A stretch of 64,000 bases of DNA, from the sequence record MH494197.1; one strand, given 5' to 3'. Each line of letters opens with the position of its first letter. Within the stretch, counting starts at the first letter, position 1. The notes beneath the pieces are model-generated. The model saw only the letters and a list, made by a program, of their open reading frames with translations. It did not search any database and had not been told where the DNA came from. Both the position numbers and the translations under genes were made by a program. The stretch is from Escherichia phage CMSTMSU. Below, piece by piece: positions 33,591 to 46,364 of the stretch.

Positions 33591-36273
33591 TTACCAATTA
33601 ATTGTTCCTGTTTGTGACGGTAGACCATAACTAACTGGGAATGAAGAACCAGCAGCTTCAAGAGACGCACCGAAAATATCCAATCTTGAACGTTTTTGTA
33701 TGTTAACATTTGATATTTGTATTGAGTTTGTTTGTATAGTACCTATCCAGAAAATATTATATGCTGTAGTACCAGTCTCTGAAATAACATCAGTTGTTAT
33801 TACATATTTTGCATTACCTTGTTCCATTTTAACATATACATGAAATAATGTGTTTGCTGGATTAGCCTTAACTGTAGTTAAGTTTATACTAGTAATCGGT
33901 AATGTAAATGCTTTACCAGAAAGAATTACTGGAGTTTCTTCTGTGAAGTACACAATAAAACCTTGAGCAACGTCTTGTGAAACTACGTTAATCGGTGCAC
34001 CTTGAGCAGTCCAGTTATTATAATCAGCAATTGTAGTACCACATTTTGGAAAGTCATTTTGTTTACATAGTCTATTGCTTGGAAATAACCAAAACCAATA
34101 CCGTAAAGCTGCTGGTTGAATACCTTGCTCATAACTTGCATGTGAACCACTGATAATAAAACTATCAAATTGTGCAGTTGCTTTTGTTACATATGCTCTG
34201 AATTGGTGTGTGTTTGTATTACCAATAGTTGGGTGAGATAATGGGTCAGAACCACCTATGAAGTAGAAAGAACCACCATCATATATTGTTAAACCAACAG
34301 AAGACGATGCAAAACTACCATTACCATTTGGTGTAAAGTTACTTCCGTAAACGTTTTCTAGTACTAAACGCTTGAAGGTAATTGTAGTGATATTACCTGA
34401 ACGTGTATTCACATTCACTTCAGCAATTCTAATATAGTTCTGATATGTATTTGTAACTGTACTTAGCATTACAAATGCAGGTATATCAGTTTGTTGTGGA
34501 ACAAACAATGTCATATCTTTATAAGCAGCAGGAGATAAGTTCCAGTCGCTTAGTACTTTGGCGTATTCAGCATTTCTGAAATTATCAAGTACAGATTGAG
34601 TAACACTAATGATACCAGTTCCGTTCATATTTTTATCATATGATAGTGATTGGGAATATCTCTGACCTACCATGAATATCCCACCATTTGTAGTAACATT
34701 ATTACCACTAATGGAACTAATAAAACTCTGTTGTTCGTGTTATCTGTCACATTAGCACGTTCTGTTGTTGGCTCATAACCTTGTATGGTTCCACGTGATA
34801 AAGAATTAAACGTAAAGTTAGAGTACTTTTATGAACTGCATAAGATGGACGGAATGCACCAGAACCAGTTGAACGAGAATACTGTTTAGTACTGTTCCCG
34901 GAAGCAATTCTACGCCGTTAATAAAAGAACCAACTGCTGAACCAAATGAAGGACGAACTATGCCATTTCTGAAATCAGTTGAAATGTTCGCACGTACATT
35001 AATCATGCTATATATTGATTGTGCAGTAAATTTAGCTTTCTGCATAAGTAATGGTTCTGCTAAGTTTGGACATGCAGTACAGAATACTTCACCTGTATTC
35101 AAATAATAATATGAACTGTAAATGTTTCTTGCACCGCTATGGTCATATAACGGATCGTTGTTGAGAACATTACCAGTAGCAACCAATGCCGAACCTGTGT
35201 TTGTAACAACAAATGGTGCAGCAAATGTACCAATATCGTTCCCATTATCCAAGTTACATTGTTTAGTACTCATGTTAAAATTGAAACTATAACTATGCTG
35301 TGGTCGGGTATTGTAGTTTGCCATAGTGAACCATGCGTCACCATTCATTCTGAATCGGAAGTTCTGCGTTCCGGCTCCTGAGCAACATATAAATCGATAG
35401 ATGTCATATAAATCCCCATACCAGCCAAATTTTGTGGTACATAGACATAGGGCTTATCAGCAATATTAGTTGAGTTAACATGGTCAGTAATGATCATATT
35501 ATTCTGAGCAGTATATGTAGTATTGTAAAAGTTTTTGTTGTCCACCCCGTGATTCGGGTAGCAGTATAAGTACCGTTTGCAATATTCAACACAACACGAA
35601 CAACAACAATCTGTAGTTTGTTATTTTCATTAAGGACGTTGAATACATAAACTGAACCGTCTTCTGCCATCATAGCATACTCAATCCCACCTTCAGGTGA
35701 AATATCAGCTTGGTTCACAAAAGACCACTATGTTGAGTATCATCCAATGTACCATTCGTTACTGATATAAACAACCCATTAGTATTGGTAGATGTGTCAT
35801 TGTAACGACCTAACAGTATTTTTGAATCGGTATTGTATAAACCAATAGCAACACGGTTTGCCCCAAAATAGCCGGCTTATACTGACGGCTTGTATTAACA
35901 GTACGGCTCATATCGGTAACGGATAATGCGTTCGCTAGGTAAGAATAAAATAAACCTTCAACACTACCGTTTGTACCACTACGTAATAGTACTAATGTGC
36001 CATCGTTTTCTAAAAGTATTTTGTTTCTACGTTGGGATTGGTTTTCTGATGCACCATTAAAATCACCAGATACCCCAGCAGGTAGATAGTTATGTGTACC
36101 ATAATGCGAGATTGGAAGTAAACTAATTACATCAAGTAATTCTTCTTTGGAATATGTATCAATTTCCATATTACCATTAGCATCAAATACTTGATCATTG
36201 ATACCCTGTACTGTTCTTTTCCTTTAACTGTCACATTATGAGTGACGTCTAAGCCACCATATATTTTCTTTGA
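33591..36273 (-). CDS. tail fibre / receptor-binding protein paralog C (about 890 aa, frameshifted)
   Basis: Fragments 33591..34673, 34818..35348, 35345..35545, 35494..35718, 35810..36169; N-terminal LLPISHYG and C-terminal VVSQDVAQGFIVYFT module shared with A and B. Confidence 0.5.
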
Positions 36274-36334
36274 CATACATATCCCTTGTAATTTAGATAT
36301 TAGTTACTGTATTTATGAATGTAATAAAAAGCAC

Positions 36335-36358
36335 CCATTGGGTGCTTGTGTTTAAAAG
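36335..36358 (-). terminator. hairpin terminator at end of nrdG
   Basis: gcaccc att gggtgc inverted repeat flanked by A/T runs. Confidence 0.4.
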
Positions 36359-36820
36359 TCTTTATTTTTATATAAAATTCGTTGGTTATTTGAACCACGA
36401 AATGGTAATGTTAAATTCTTTTCTTCTGAAACAAATTTACCATCAACTAATACATCTAAGTACTGAAGAATGTCTTTAGCATGATTATTCATAATCTCTT
36501 CTAAAGTATATCCACTCCAGCACCAAATAGTTTTATTGGGATAAGTTTCTTTTACAATCTTACATAGTTCTAAAATTGTTTCTATGTTCTTTTTCATTAG
36601 AGGATCTCCACCAAGGAGGGATAATCCACTAACGTAAGGCTTACTGAGTTCAGCTAAAATTATATCAATTGTATCAGTACTGAACTCTTGTCCACTTCTA
36701 TAATCCCATGCTTCTTCGTTGAAGCATCCGGCACACCCATGACTGCACCCACTAACAAAAGGGAGCATCTTACTCCCTCCCATTAATAAGGTCGTCTTTA
36801 ATTATCGTCTGGTAATTCAT
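36352..36820 (-). CDS. nrdG: anaerobic ribonucleotide reductase activating protein (radical SAM)
   Basis: FVSGCSHGCAGCFNEEAW radical-SAM cysteine motif; N-terminus extended by hand. Confidence 0.8.
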
Positions 36821-38956
36821 CTAATATTGCACTCACTATCTCAACGAGAACATCACCATGACATGATTTCGGTTTACAGAAACAGCCAAGACGTTTCTGC
36901 TAACTCAAGTAAATCATCAATCTTAACTTCTCCATTAGAAATACGCTCAATAATGTATTCTCTGAACTTTTCGATTGATTCTTCCCTTGTAGCAACAATG
37001 AACTCGGCTTTGGTCTGTTTATCACTGATATGGGTAAATGGGTTTCCATTTAGACCCACGCCCGATATACACATCATACGGTTCTTTATATTTGTTAACC
37101 ACAATTGGCTTTAAATCCATAATGTACCTTATTTGTGTTGTATACGCTCACAACATTCTTGTTGTTTTCCTTTGTTGAATCCACGAGACGATGGGTTCCC
37201 AAATATCCAGAAACACGACGAATCACTGAGATTGTCTTCTCATTGCGATTATCACATACTGGACAATGAAAACCGTGTTTATCTACACTGAACTCACCTT
37301 TATACCCACACTCGTAACACTGGTCAATTGGCTGGTTGATGCCAAAATATGGAATCTTTGTGTAAGCGTAATTGACTAAAGTCTCAAGTGCTTGAATATT
37401 GTTACTTAGGTTGGGTGATTCAACATAACTGATGTTTCCACCATTACTGAGGTAAGCAAATCCCTCTTCGTAACTCCACTTATCAAATGGTGAACTTTCT
37501 ACCCATACTGGTTGATGGAAGGAATTTGTGATGTAATCACGTTTTAGTACTGAAGGGTATTTAGATTCGATGCAACGTGCAAATTTGTAGCAAAGTGACT
37601 CTGCTGGGGTTCCATATAGACTAAAAGCTATATTACTCTCTTTTTGAACTCATCGCATTTTACTTTCATATAATTCAGTACTGACATACAGAACTCCTTA
37701 CTGATAGAACCAGTCAGAATTTCTGAACATTCAACTAAACCAACGTAACCAATACTAATACTAGCATATCCGTTATAAAATAGCTTGTCAATCGTTTCTT
37801 CTGCCCCTAAACGTGAAAGTGCACCTTCCATGAACAAAATCGGATTCTGCTTCGCTTTTGTGCCTTTTAAACGCTCTACGCGGTTCATCTGAGCACGATA
37901 TGCAATATTCATATGCTCGTCTATTTTATCAAAAACTCTCCATCTGAGGCACTTTCAAGAGCAATTAGAGGTAAATTGATAGAAACTACGCCTAAGTTGA
38001 AACGACCGTTATATTGCTCATTTCCATTGGAATCTTCCCATTTTCCCAAAATGAACGACAGCCCATCGGGGTTACTGCTGTACTGCTACTTCCTGTAACT
38101 TTGTGATTTAACGGCACAGAAACGAAGTCTGGGTAGATTCTCTTCGATGCACAACGCATTGCCAACTGTTTCATGTCATAGTTGCAATCATCGCTATTCA
38201 TGTTGATTCCGTCCTGTAAAAAGAAAATTACTTTAGGAAACACAGGAGTAATCTTATCTTTACCTAAACCATTCTCATGTACTTTTAAGTACTGTTCAGT
38301 GATTAATTTGCCAAATTTTGAAGTATTCAGTCCTAAACTAAGAGAAATGAATGCTGCTTGTCCGTTTGTACTAATCATTGAATTTGTCTGGTAAAGTAAG
38401 GTTTGACACCCATCATAGACTTCTTTTCGTAATTCTTCCTCAATGTATTCAGTACTGAGATTATATGCCTTTTGCTTCGCTAATAGCTTATCCCACGACT
38501 TTTGGACGTAAGGTTCAAGACCAACGTCGATATGAGCCAACGATTGACCACCGTACTGGGAACTTGCAACAGCTTGTACAATTTGTGTCAGTACTGTACA
38601 TGCTACACTAAAACTCTTTGGTTCTTCAATTTTGGCACAACCAATGGTAAATCCATTTTTAGCATATCTGGATAGTTAACCAAGCAACAGTTAGTTAATG
38701 GGCTGATATAGTAGTCTAAATCATGAATGTGACCATAACCATCATTATGCCACTGCATTAGCTCCTTTGGAATAACATCTTGTGAATAATGCTTAGATAG
38801 GATACCAGCAAGTAAATCCCTGTGTGTATTGACGCATTTCGCATCTTTGTTTGCATTTTCATTTGTAAGATCAGTATTGCTCTGATTTAGGAAATTTGTT
38901 ACGTCAGTATATAATTTATCTAATTGCATTTTACTTTCCTTGTATTTTGAAATCAT
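36795..38956 (-). CDS. nrdD: anaerobic ribonucleoside-triphosphate reductase (class III), frameshifted into 4 fragments
   Basis: HNDGYGHIHDLD motif in 38603..38956; zinc-ribbon CYECG and Gly-rich C-terminal region; fragments 37992..38540, 37628..37912, 36874..37104. Confidence 0.85.
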
Positions 38957-39062
38957 CTGGGGTGAAGTTATTTAACATCACCAGACACCATTATAGCGTC
39001 AGAACAGGGTATTTCTATTGATCTATATCAAGGAAAGGTCACATTGCTTTTATTTGCACAAA

Positions 39063-39084
39063 TAGAAAAAGCACCTCTAGGTGC
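39063..39084 (-). terminator. hairpin terminator
   Basis: gcacct ctag aggtgc perfect inverted repeat with flanking A/T. Confidence 0.45.
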
Positions 39085-39179
39085 TTTAAAGTACTGCTAA
39101 TATAAAACTGCCCAAATTAGCAGTACTACATTGGTTGGAGCGGCAAAAACATATATGCAGCAATAGCACTGCATCCGAT

Positions 39180-39770
39180 TACAAGTTTAGCTAGTCTCAT
39201 CTGGACTCCATGTAATAGTCACAGTAAATGTGCCTTCTTGGAAACCAAACTCATCTTGTGGGATTTGACCAGCTAATGGGTTAAATCTTGAATCGAATGC
39301 TTCATGTACGTCTCGCTGAATATCATAGAGACTTTCACCATCGTATTCTTTTTAAAGATTTCATTCTGCATTTATACGTAACGACCCTCGTATTCTGTCT
39401 GGATATCCATCAAATAGATCAATGAATTGGTTTAACGCATAAGTACTGATGAATGGATTATTCTTTGCAAGTTCTATGCGTTTTTCAAAATCCATTAATA
39501 TAATCTCTGGTCTACTGAAATTTCCTTTACGTCTATATGTTAGTAAACGCTCGGTATGACCACTGAACTGAAATTCAAAATATGTTGATGCTGCATAATC
39601 ACTTCCATCAGGAACCGGAATTGAAAAATCAACATTGAACTTATTACCAAATGCGAAAAATACCCACCATCTTCGTGTGGTATAGTTTTATCATTTAGAT
39701 GGAAATCTATTTCATCACCTAATATATCAAATATCTTGATACTTAGAGACATAAAATCATCGGCTAACAT
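39180..39770 (-). CDS. hypothetical protein (frameshifted)
   Basis: ORF 39540..39770 plus downstream frame by hand translation. Confidence 0.25.
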
Positions 39771-40578
39771 TTTTTTACCTTATTTTATAGCTCTACAATA
39801 GAAATGAATAATATACGGAAATATAGGATTATCGACGTATGTTGCAAAATTAGCTATGGTAATTTTTTATAGTACGAGTTATGTATGGATATAATGGTTT
39901 GTGGGTCGATTGCTTCTCTATTTGATAGTTCAACAAAACGACCACACTTCATATAAGCCTTACCATAATAATCGTAAGTTATCTCATATTGATCCATTTA
40001 TTCTGGTTCTTTGTTTTATCTACAGTATTGTTTTGTTTAGATCAATTTGTAACGCCATTGCAGCTTCAGTATTTTCTTCATGTGTACCATTGAATTTATA
40101 CCCATTCTTGATGAGATTCACAGTGTAGTACTTATTATAAAGAAATGCCCACGACCATTGCAATTGTACCCACAATCCAAAAAGACACTGCGTTGAGGAT
40201 GAAGTAAATTACAAATGCACCGATGAACGTAATAAAGTCACCACGAAACAATGCAGGAACGGACCAAAGAACAATGTTGTCCATGAGAATCCAAAGAACC
40301 CATCTTTGCGTTGTCCTACATTTTCATTTTTAAAGAAATAGTTTTAGCCATTGTTGACTCCTTACATGTTATGATTTGGTATACAGTACACAAATACTAA
40401 ATTGGAAAAGTGTTCAGTACTGGAATATTTTGCTAAATCTGTTATATGGAAGTAGACATCTTTGAAATTATCATTCTCAAATGTCGTTATTTGTAAACAG
40501 TGTGTGGGTCTGAAAATATAATAATAAAATATATCATCTTCAGCCACAACTGTATGGTTTTGTAGCGTTCAATTTTTT

Positions 40579-40950
40579 TCATGTGTGAATAATTTCTTTG
40601 ACCCCATATTCCATAATTGCCAACGTACAAATCTCACAAGGCTTGGCAGGGACTGGAATACCATCTTTACTTACCCGTGCAATCAACAAAGTATGAACTT
40701 CAGCACGAGAAGCCAGCAAACATGAGATTTCAGCATGAAGAAATTCACCTTGTGGACGACCAGCACGGATTGCAAAACCTTTCTGTACTGGGTGAGTATG
40801 TGTGTAAGAATTAGTACGTGTTGCCAATACACGACCTTTCTTATCTAGTGCACGAGCAATCACACGATAACGTTTGTAGCTCCCACTTGCTCGATTGGTG
40901 GCATCCGTCGCAATTCTTCAATTAGTTTCTCAAGTTTACGATTCATAAGT
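40579..40950 (-). CDS. small cytidine/deoxycytidylate-deaminase-fold zinc enzyme
   Basis: HAEISCL and PCEICTLAI zinc-binding motifs of the CDA superfamily. Confidence 0.5.
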
Positions 40951-41135
40951 CTAAGTCTATACCCTTTTCAAATGATTTCTCTAGAACCCAAAGTTTACAT
41001 TCTTCACTCTCCAAATGCATCTTTGCCTCTTTCTGTTGTTCTATTGTACAAGACTTTATAAATTCACGCAAGGCTTCTATTGTACTTTTTATATTTTTAT
41101 GTCTTCCAGAATTGTTTCTTTGGCTTCAGCATCAA

Positions 41136-41459
41136 TTACAGATGAACTCCACCCGTGACGTTCTTCCCAAACTGTTTTGCTGGATTGTAAATTGATGATG
41201 TAGAAATGACTGCATGGATCTTATTAAACGTATCGTCTGCTTCTTGTTGGGTGTAATCACCATAAGTGTTTAGCACATTTTTGTATAGTTCATCGATTGC
41301 CTCATCATAAGTATCACCACCGCAATCTAACTCATAATCATGTGCTTGTACCCATTCATCATCTTGCTCAATGTACATAGGTGAGATGAATTCTACCCAA
41401 AATTGTGTCTTTGTATTCAGAGCTTTAAATGATTCAATGCGGTTTGTGATTGGACACAC
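41136..41459 (-). CDS. hypothetical protein
   Basis: 107 aa ORF. Confidence 0.3.
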   Translation of the reverse strand: MCPITNRIESFKALNTKTQFWVEFISPMYIEQDDEWVQAHDYELDCGGDTYDEAIDELYKNVLNTYGDYTQQEADDTFNKIHAVISTSSIYNPAKQFGKNVTGGVHL

Positions 41460-41540
41460 ATCATGTGGTTCGATATCAATCCTTGGGGAACCATATCTCT
41501 GTTGATGAATTTAGGATGACCCAAAATCCACCAGTACTTT

Positions 41541-41956
41541 TCAGATGTAGTCATAGTAATCTCCAATTAAAAGTACTGCCACTATAACAGTACTGATATT
41601 AAATGTAACGTTTCTTTTATAATCATACCCTACTGCTTTGTAAAAGTCAAACAAAGAAGCATGTTCAAATGTAGGTAATAGATCATATGGGTGCTGATAG
41701 TTCGCAATACCAACAATAGCCATCATTGATTCAGCCGTTCTGGAATTTTCACTATCCCATTCATCTAAACGCCAAAGTGAGCAAAGTACCTCGCGTTCAT
41801 GTTGCTTACCCAGAAAGAATTCAGCTTCACGGTCACGAAATGCACCTGCACTGATAGTACTTTTGTACCAGTCTTCTTCACCATAAGCTGGCATACGGAT
41901 AATATGTTTTCTTGAGCTTCACCAAAGCGGTGAAGAAATGCCACATAATCACTCAT
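41541..41956 (-). CDS. hypothetical protein
   Basis: Overlapping fragments 41541..41894 and 41765..41956. Confidence 0.25.
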
Positions 41957-42117
41957 AATTTATAACCCATTACAGGTTTGGTATGATCCGGTTCGTAAGA
42001 CTTTTCAGTACTGAACCCTCTGAAATTACCACGACGGCTTCGGACAAGCCATCCCTTCTACACCGTGCTTACCCTGAACCTTTCCGCAGTTTTTGCATTT
42101 GTATCCAATAACTTCTT

Positions 42118-42351
42118 TCATTGTGCATCCTTTGGAATAGTGTTAAGGCGTGTACGGTTTACAATCTTCCTGCACATGAGATTAAGATCTTGCCCATGAC
42201 GCATCTCATGGCAAGCATACAATGTGCCATCATAGTTAAGTTTAGTCAAATTCTGGCGAATGAACTCTGCATCAGCCTCCTGAACTTTAGGTGCACAGCC
42301 TGTTACTAACATCATGAGTGCTGAAACAATTGCAATAGAAATAAATTTCAT
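42118..42351 (-). CDS. small lipoprotein
   Basis: Signal peptide with lipobox LVTGC. Confidence 0.4.
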   Translation of the reverse strand: MKFISIAIVSALMMLVTGCAPKVQEADAEFIRQNLTKLNYDGTLYACHEMRHGQDLNLMCRKIVNRTRLNTIPKDAQ

Positions 42352-42592
42352 AATTTAATCACCTATACATAAGTACTCGATTGATGGTTTACCATTAACT
42401 AACACAATACCAGTGTGAGTTAATACACAGTTCGTTGGTGCTTCTTCAAATACTGATACGTAAATGTATGAACCATTACTAACTGAACAAGATAATACCA
42501 TAAGAACGGCGATTAGTACAAGTAAAATTTTCATATGAACCTACTTTTTGATTTATGTAATGCAATTTGTACTCGCGTAATGAACTCACGCT

Positions 42593-43186
42593 CTACTTCA
42601 TCTGAATTAACACCATCATATTGTGTTTTGAATAGTTCCATAGCTTTGATAGCCATCTGAACTGAAAGATCAGCAATACTTTCAGTACTGGTACTTTCAA
42701 ATACATTTTGAGGCTTAGTTCACCATCATCAATACATTCTTTTGGTTTGTTGATTTCTGGTACTTGGATGTATCGCAATGCTTTGTATTCTGCTTTGGTC
42801 AGATTCCCAGTCCATCTTGGTTCATTGAACAAGTCATGCATTGTAATGCCAGCTTCACCCATTAGGTGTACTAACTCTTCATTTCGGCGAATATGCTTTT
42901 CTTCATCTTTGAAATTTTTGTAAGTGTAAGCACAACGCATGATAGCCAAACGTACTTCACCACTTTTAGTAATTGTATACGTATGAATTGCATTATCGTA
43001 GTCACTTTCCCATTGTTGACCCGCATATTCGTACCAAAGGTCATTTGTCTCCCAACGGAGCATTTTACCTTCTAGTAGCTCGTCAATCATTTTAGCCATG
43101 TTACCATGATATTCACAACTGGTAATATTAAATCCACCATTGTACTTTGCAAGGTATAGAATCTTTTCTTGTGATACATTTTTCAT
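42593..43186 (-). CDS. hypothetical protein
   Basis: 197 aa ORF. Confidence 0.3.
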   Translation of the reverse strand: MKNVSQEKILYLAKYNGGFNITSCEYHGNMAKMIDELLEGKMLRWETNDLWYEYAGQQWESDYDNAIHTYTITKSGEVRLAIMRCAYTYKNFKDEEKHIRRNEELVHLMGEAGITMHDLFNEPRWTGNLTKAEYKALRYIQVPEINKPKECIDDGELSLKMYLKVPVLKVLLIFQFRWLSKLWNYSKHNMMVLIQMK

Positions 43187-43524
43187 TACATGTAATCCTT
43201 GATGTATTTTAGCAGTTTAGATTTCTCTTCGGTACTTAATGATTTCTTGTTCATCAAGTGTTTCATTTCTTGACGTTCAATTTCTTCACATATTTTAGAT
43301 TCAGCTTCAATTCGTGCATGGTATTCTTCGTCAGTTTCTTCTCTGGTCCAAATTACATTGTATCCATGAAAACCGCCGTAACCACCGTCTGGTGTAAGAC
43401 TAATGTGACCGTTATATTCAGCACGATACTTATTAAGAGTGTCAATAAAGGTATCAATGCCACACGGTTCAATTTCAATATAACCAATCACTACAGTAAC
43501 TTCAATTTTGTTCATAAAGTTCAC
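43186..43524 (-). CDS. hypothetical protein
   Basis: 112 aa ORF. Confidence 0.3.
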   Translation of the reverse strand: MNFMNKIEVTVVIGYIEIEPCGIDTFIDTLNKYRAEYNGHISLTPDGGYGGFHGYNVIWTREETDEEYHARIEAESKICEEIERQEMKHLMNKKSLSTEEKSKLLKYIKDYM

Positions 43525-43911
43525 CTATAAAATTAGGAGCATTAGCTCCTTTGTATTGATGTTTACGTTTTGTACTGTATTTCCAGCCAGTACTGTGTCT
43601 TGTTCTGATATCGTCCCAATACGATGGTAATGAACGCATCTTACGTCTTCCACGTATTTCAGGTTCCCCTCATCCTTCAGTACTGCACAAGCCATACGAC
43701 GCTCTTGTTGGGTCTTAGGACGTTTGTATCGGGAGTGGTTATGTTTGTACATATACGAACGCTTGTGTCGCCATTCAGTGTCACGAGCATTTCGTTTATG
43801 CTCCCAGTACTCATTATAGAGTATCATGTATTCACCCATAAGTAAATCAGGAGATACAAGTAATCCTTTTTCAGTACAAAGATAATAACCTACGAACTTT
43901 TCTGGATACAT
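43525..43911 (-). CDS. hypothetical protein
   Basis: 128 aa ORF. Confidence 0.3.
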   Translation of the reverse strand: MYPEKFVGYYLCTEKGLLVSPDLLMGEYMILYNEYWEHKRNARDTEWRHKRSYMYKHNHSRYKRPKTQQERRMACAVLKDEGNLKYVEDVRCVHYHRIGTISEQDTVLAGNTVQNVNINTKELMLLIL

Positions 43912-44187
43912 TTCGTAATAGAAACGGTTCTTCCAAAATGTTTCACGATTCTTTTGTTGAATTCAGCTAAATCGAATTTCATCTTACTGTGGAAACGGTC
44001 TATACCATCATGTTCCGCAATGTACTCTAACAGATTATCAATAATCTCAACTTTACCTGAATCATGGTACAACGTAAATGTTTGGTCAAAAACATATATT
44101 TCTCCTTTAAGTTAAACTAACCTAATGGAATGTCATTCTTCCTTTACTACATGTTCTCATGGTTTAATCCTTTTGTCAATATCTAGA

Positions 44188-44212
44188 AAGAAAAATCCCT
44201 GCCAAAAGACAG
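44188..44212 (-). terminator. hairpin terminator
   Basis: atccctg ccaaaaga cagggat inverted repeat. Confidence 0.4.
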
Positions 44213-44569
44213 GGATGAAAAACTGAAATAACACATGGAGTTCTTTTAAATTAATAAAAGTATTATTATTCTTATGAAAGTATTTATCATGAACTCCAGT
44301 TTATTGCTTCAAATGAATCAATAACCTTTTTGTGCTACTAGCTCACGGTATTGAGCACGAGTTAGAACACCTTGTTTACGTAGAGCTTGAAGACCTGTTA
44401 GGGTTTCTGCTTTACGTAGTTCGAAAATACGTTGTTCTTTAGATTGAATAACTTTAACTTTCTTAACTTTTGCTACTGGTTCTTTTTCTTAGGTTGCTTT
44501 GCCATGAGTATTTCTCCTTTGTTGTTAACAATATTATTATATCATGTATGGGACGAATGTCCCACATTA

Positions 44570-45387
44570 TTACATATTTTCTTCAGCAAATTCTGCCAGT
44601 GGTGAACGAACAACACCTTCTAGTTCGATTACACGACAACCGTCCCAGTTCTTGAACTTCTCGGTAACATAAGTTAGACCGCTGTTTACTGGACTAATGA
44701 ACTTAGAGTCAATCTGACTCAAGTTACCCATAATAACCACTTTACAGTTCATTCCTGCACGAGTCAAGATTGTTTTGCCTGAGCAGGTGTGATGTTCTGG
44801 AATTCATCAACTACTAGGATAGTATTTGTGAAAGAACGACCACGAACGAAGTTTAGTGCTTTGAACTGGATAACATTGCGTTTCATGATTTCTTCGATAC
44901 TGCCTTGTGGGTTAGCATCATCTTTGTGTAGGAATTCCAACGCATCAATTGCTGCACCACAGAAAGGAATCACTTTCTCTGCTTCAGATCCGGTAAGAAA
45001 CCAATGTCTTCGAATTGGGAATCTTGTGTTTTGGAGAAGATGATACGGTCGTATTTTTCTTCTCTAGTACTAGCTCAGTGCAGTTGCAATAGTGATTAGT
45101 GTTTTACCAGTACCTGCTGAACCTAACAGTACTGTTAGATGAACATCAGGATCTAAAATACTGTTGATTGCTAGTGCTTGCTGAATATTCTTAGCCTTGA
45201 TATCCCACACTTTAGCACGTAAAGCAACTGATTGTCCAACGTCTTGGAATACAAGAATATCTTCTGGTGTTAAAGTACCATCATCTTCTTCAATTGCAGA
45301 TTGACCTTCGTACACAAATAGAACATCAGCATTATCATATAGGTAATCACCGATGCAAATATTTTGTGGCATGATATGTTCAATCAA
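44570..45387 (-). CDS. phoH: PhoH-like ATPase (frameshifted into 3 fragments)
   Basis: Walker A GSAGTGKT in 45070..45387; Walker B VVDEFQN in 44764..44973; C-terminal fragment 44570..44767. Confidence 0.8.
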
Positions 45388-46010
45388 GCTTTTGGAATGT
45401 AGTGGTACAAACGACGACCAACTTGTTCAGACTGAATAGATACATCAGTCAGATTACTATACACATCCCAGAAATGTAGATCAAGGTGATGTTGACCAAT
45501 GTGAATCAAATCACTATCACCAATCACGATATCATGACGGTAATCTTGAACTTCCACCCCGTAGCTTAGAGCCTTGATACGCATATTGATATCACGGGTA
45601 ACCAGTACTGAATCAGTTGCTAATGCTACTAAAATGATTTTATCATCTGGTACTGTGCTTTTTAGAAGAGTTTGAACTTTCTCTTCGTTACCAGCAGTAC
45701 GAATTAGTGCTTCCGCTTCTTCGCTTGTAATAACAAACAATTTGCTTTCAGGACTCATATTAGTATGAACATCAGCAATATTAACACCAGTACTACTAAT
45801 TTCTTCATGTGATGCATCAGAAAGGATAGCTTCAATGTTACGGATTGCAACACGAGCATCACGGGAAACATCCACATTACGACTTTTGATTGAATCCAAT
45901 TCTTCAAGTACTGTGAACGGTAGAATGATAGCTGCTCCATCAAAAGCAATGGTAGCATTTGGATCAGATAGTAGTACGTTTGTGTCAATTGTATATTTTT
46001 CATAAAACAT
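45384..46010 (-). CDS. PIN-domain protein immediately upstream of PhoH ATPase (YlaK-like arrangement)
   Basis: N-terminal IDTNVLLSDP...ILPFTVLEELD typical of PIN; ORF boundaries overlap by 4 nt. Confidence 0.6.
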   Translation of the reverse strand: MFYEKYTIDTNVLLSDPNATIAFDGAAIILPFTVLEELDSIKSRNVDVSRDARVAIRNIEAILSDASHEEISSTGVNIADVHTNMSPESKLFVITSEEAEALIRTAGNEEKVQTLLKSTVPDDKIILVALATDSVLVTRDINMRIKALSYGVEVQDYRHDIVIGDSDLIHIGQHHLDLHFWDVYSNLTDVSIQSEQVGRRLYHYIPKA

Positions 46011-46082
46011 CCTTGAGTTATGAGTACATCCTTGTACTCGACTAATGGTTAGTGACTCGAATATTACATGCTCGGTTCGTAT

Positions 46083-46364
46083 TCAACATAACATCTTGAA
46101 CCACGAGCCTTTTCCTCCCAGCATTCCGTAAACTAGTTGACCAATTGATACTGGATCTCTTGATAACCCATTACGAACTTCACCAGTACTGGTTTTATAA
46201 GTAAATGAGCATTTATTTTCATTACATTGACCTAATCCTGTTACAGTCGCTGTATTGTAATGAATATTGTAACGTTTAGTGTTCTCATGATATGAACTGA
46301 ACCATAGAACACCTATACCTAACAGTGTTGTGCAAATAAGACTCTTGATATGTGTTGAAATCAT
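46083..46364 (-). CDS. small membrane protein
   Basis: N-terminal hydrophobic segment LICTTLLGIGVLWF. Confidence 0.3.
   Translation of the reverse strand: MISTHIKSLICTTLLGIGVLWFSSYHENTKRYNIHYNTATVTGLGQCNENKCSFTYKTSTGEVRNGLSRDPVSIGQLVYGMLGGKGSWFKMLC

Noticed and set aside
30258-36273. Diversity-generating retroelement acting on the fibre genes
   Set aside because: No reverse transcriptase ORF (no YxDD-containing RT motif block) and no template-repeat-like near-identical DNA copy of the variable region was seen nearby
36795-38956. Group I intron or homing endonuclease inside nrdD, as in T4
   Set aside because: The fragments of nrdD are contiguous with only short gaps explained by frameshifts; total span matches an uninterrupted NrdD of about 650-700 aa, leaving no room for an intron
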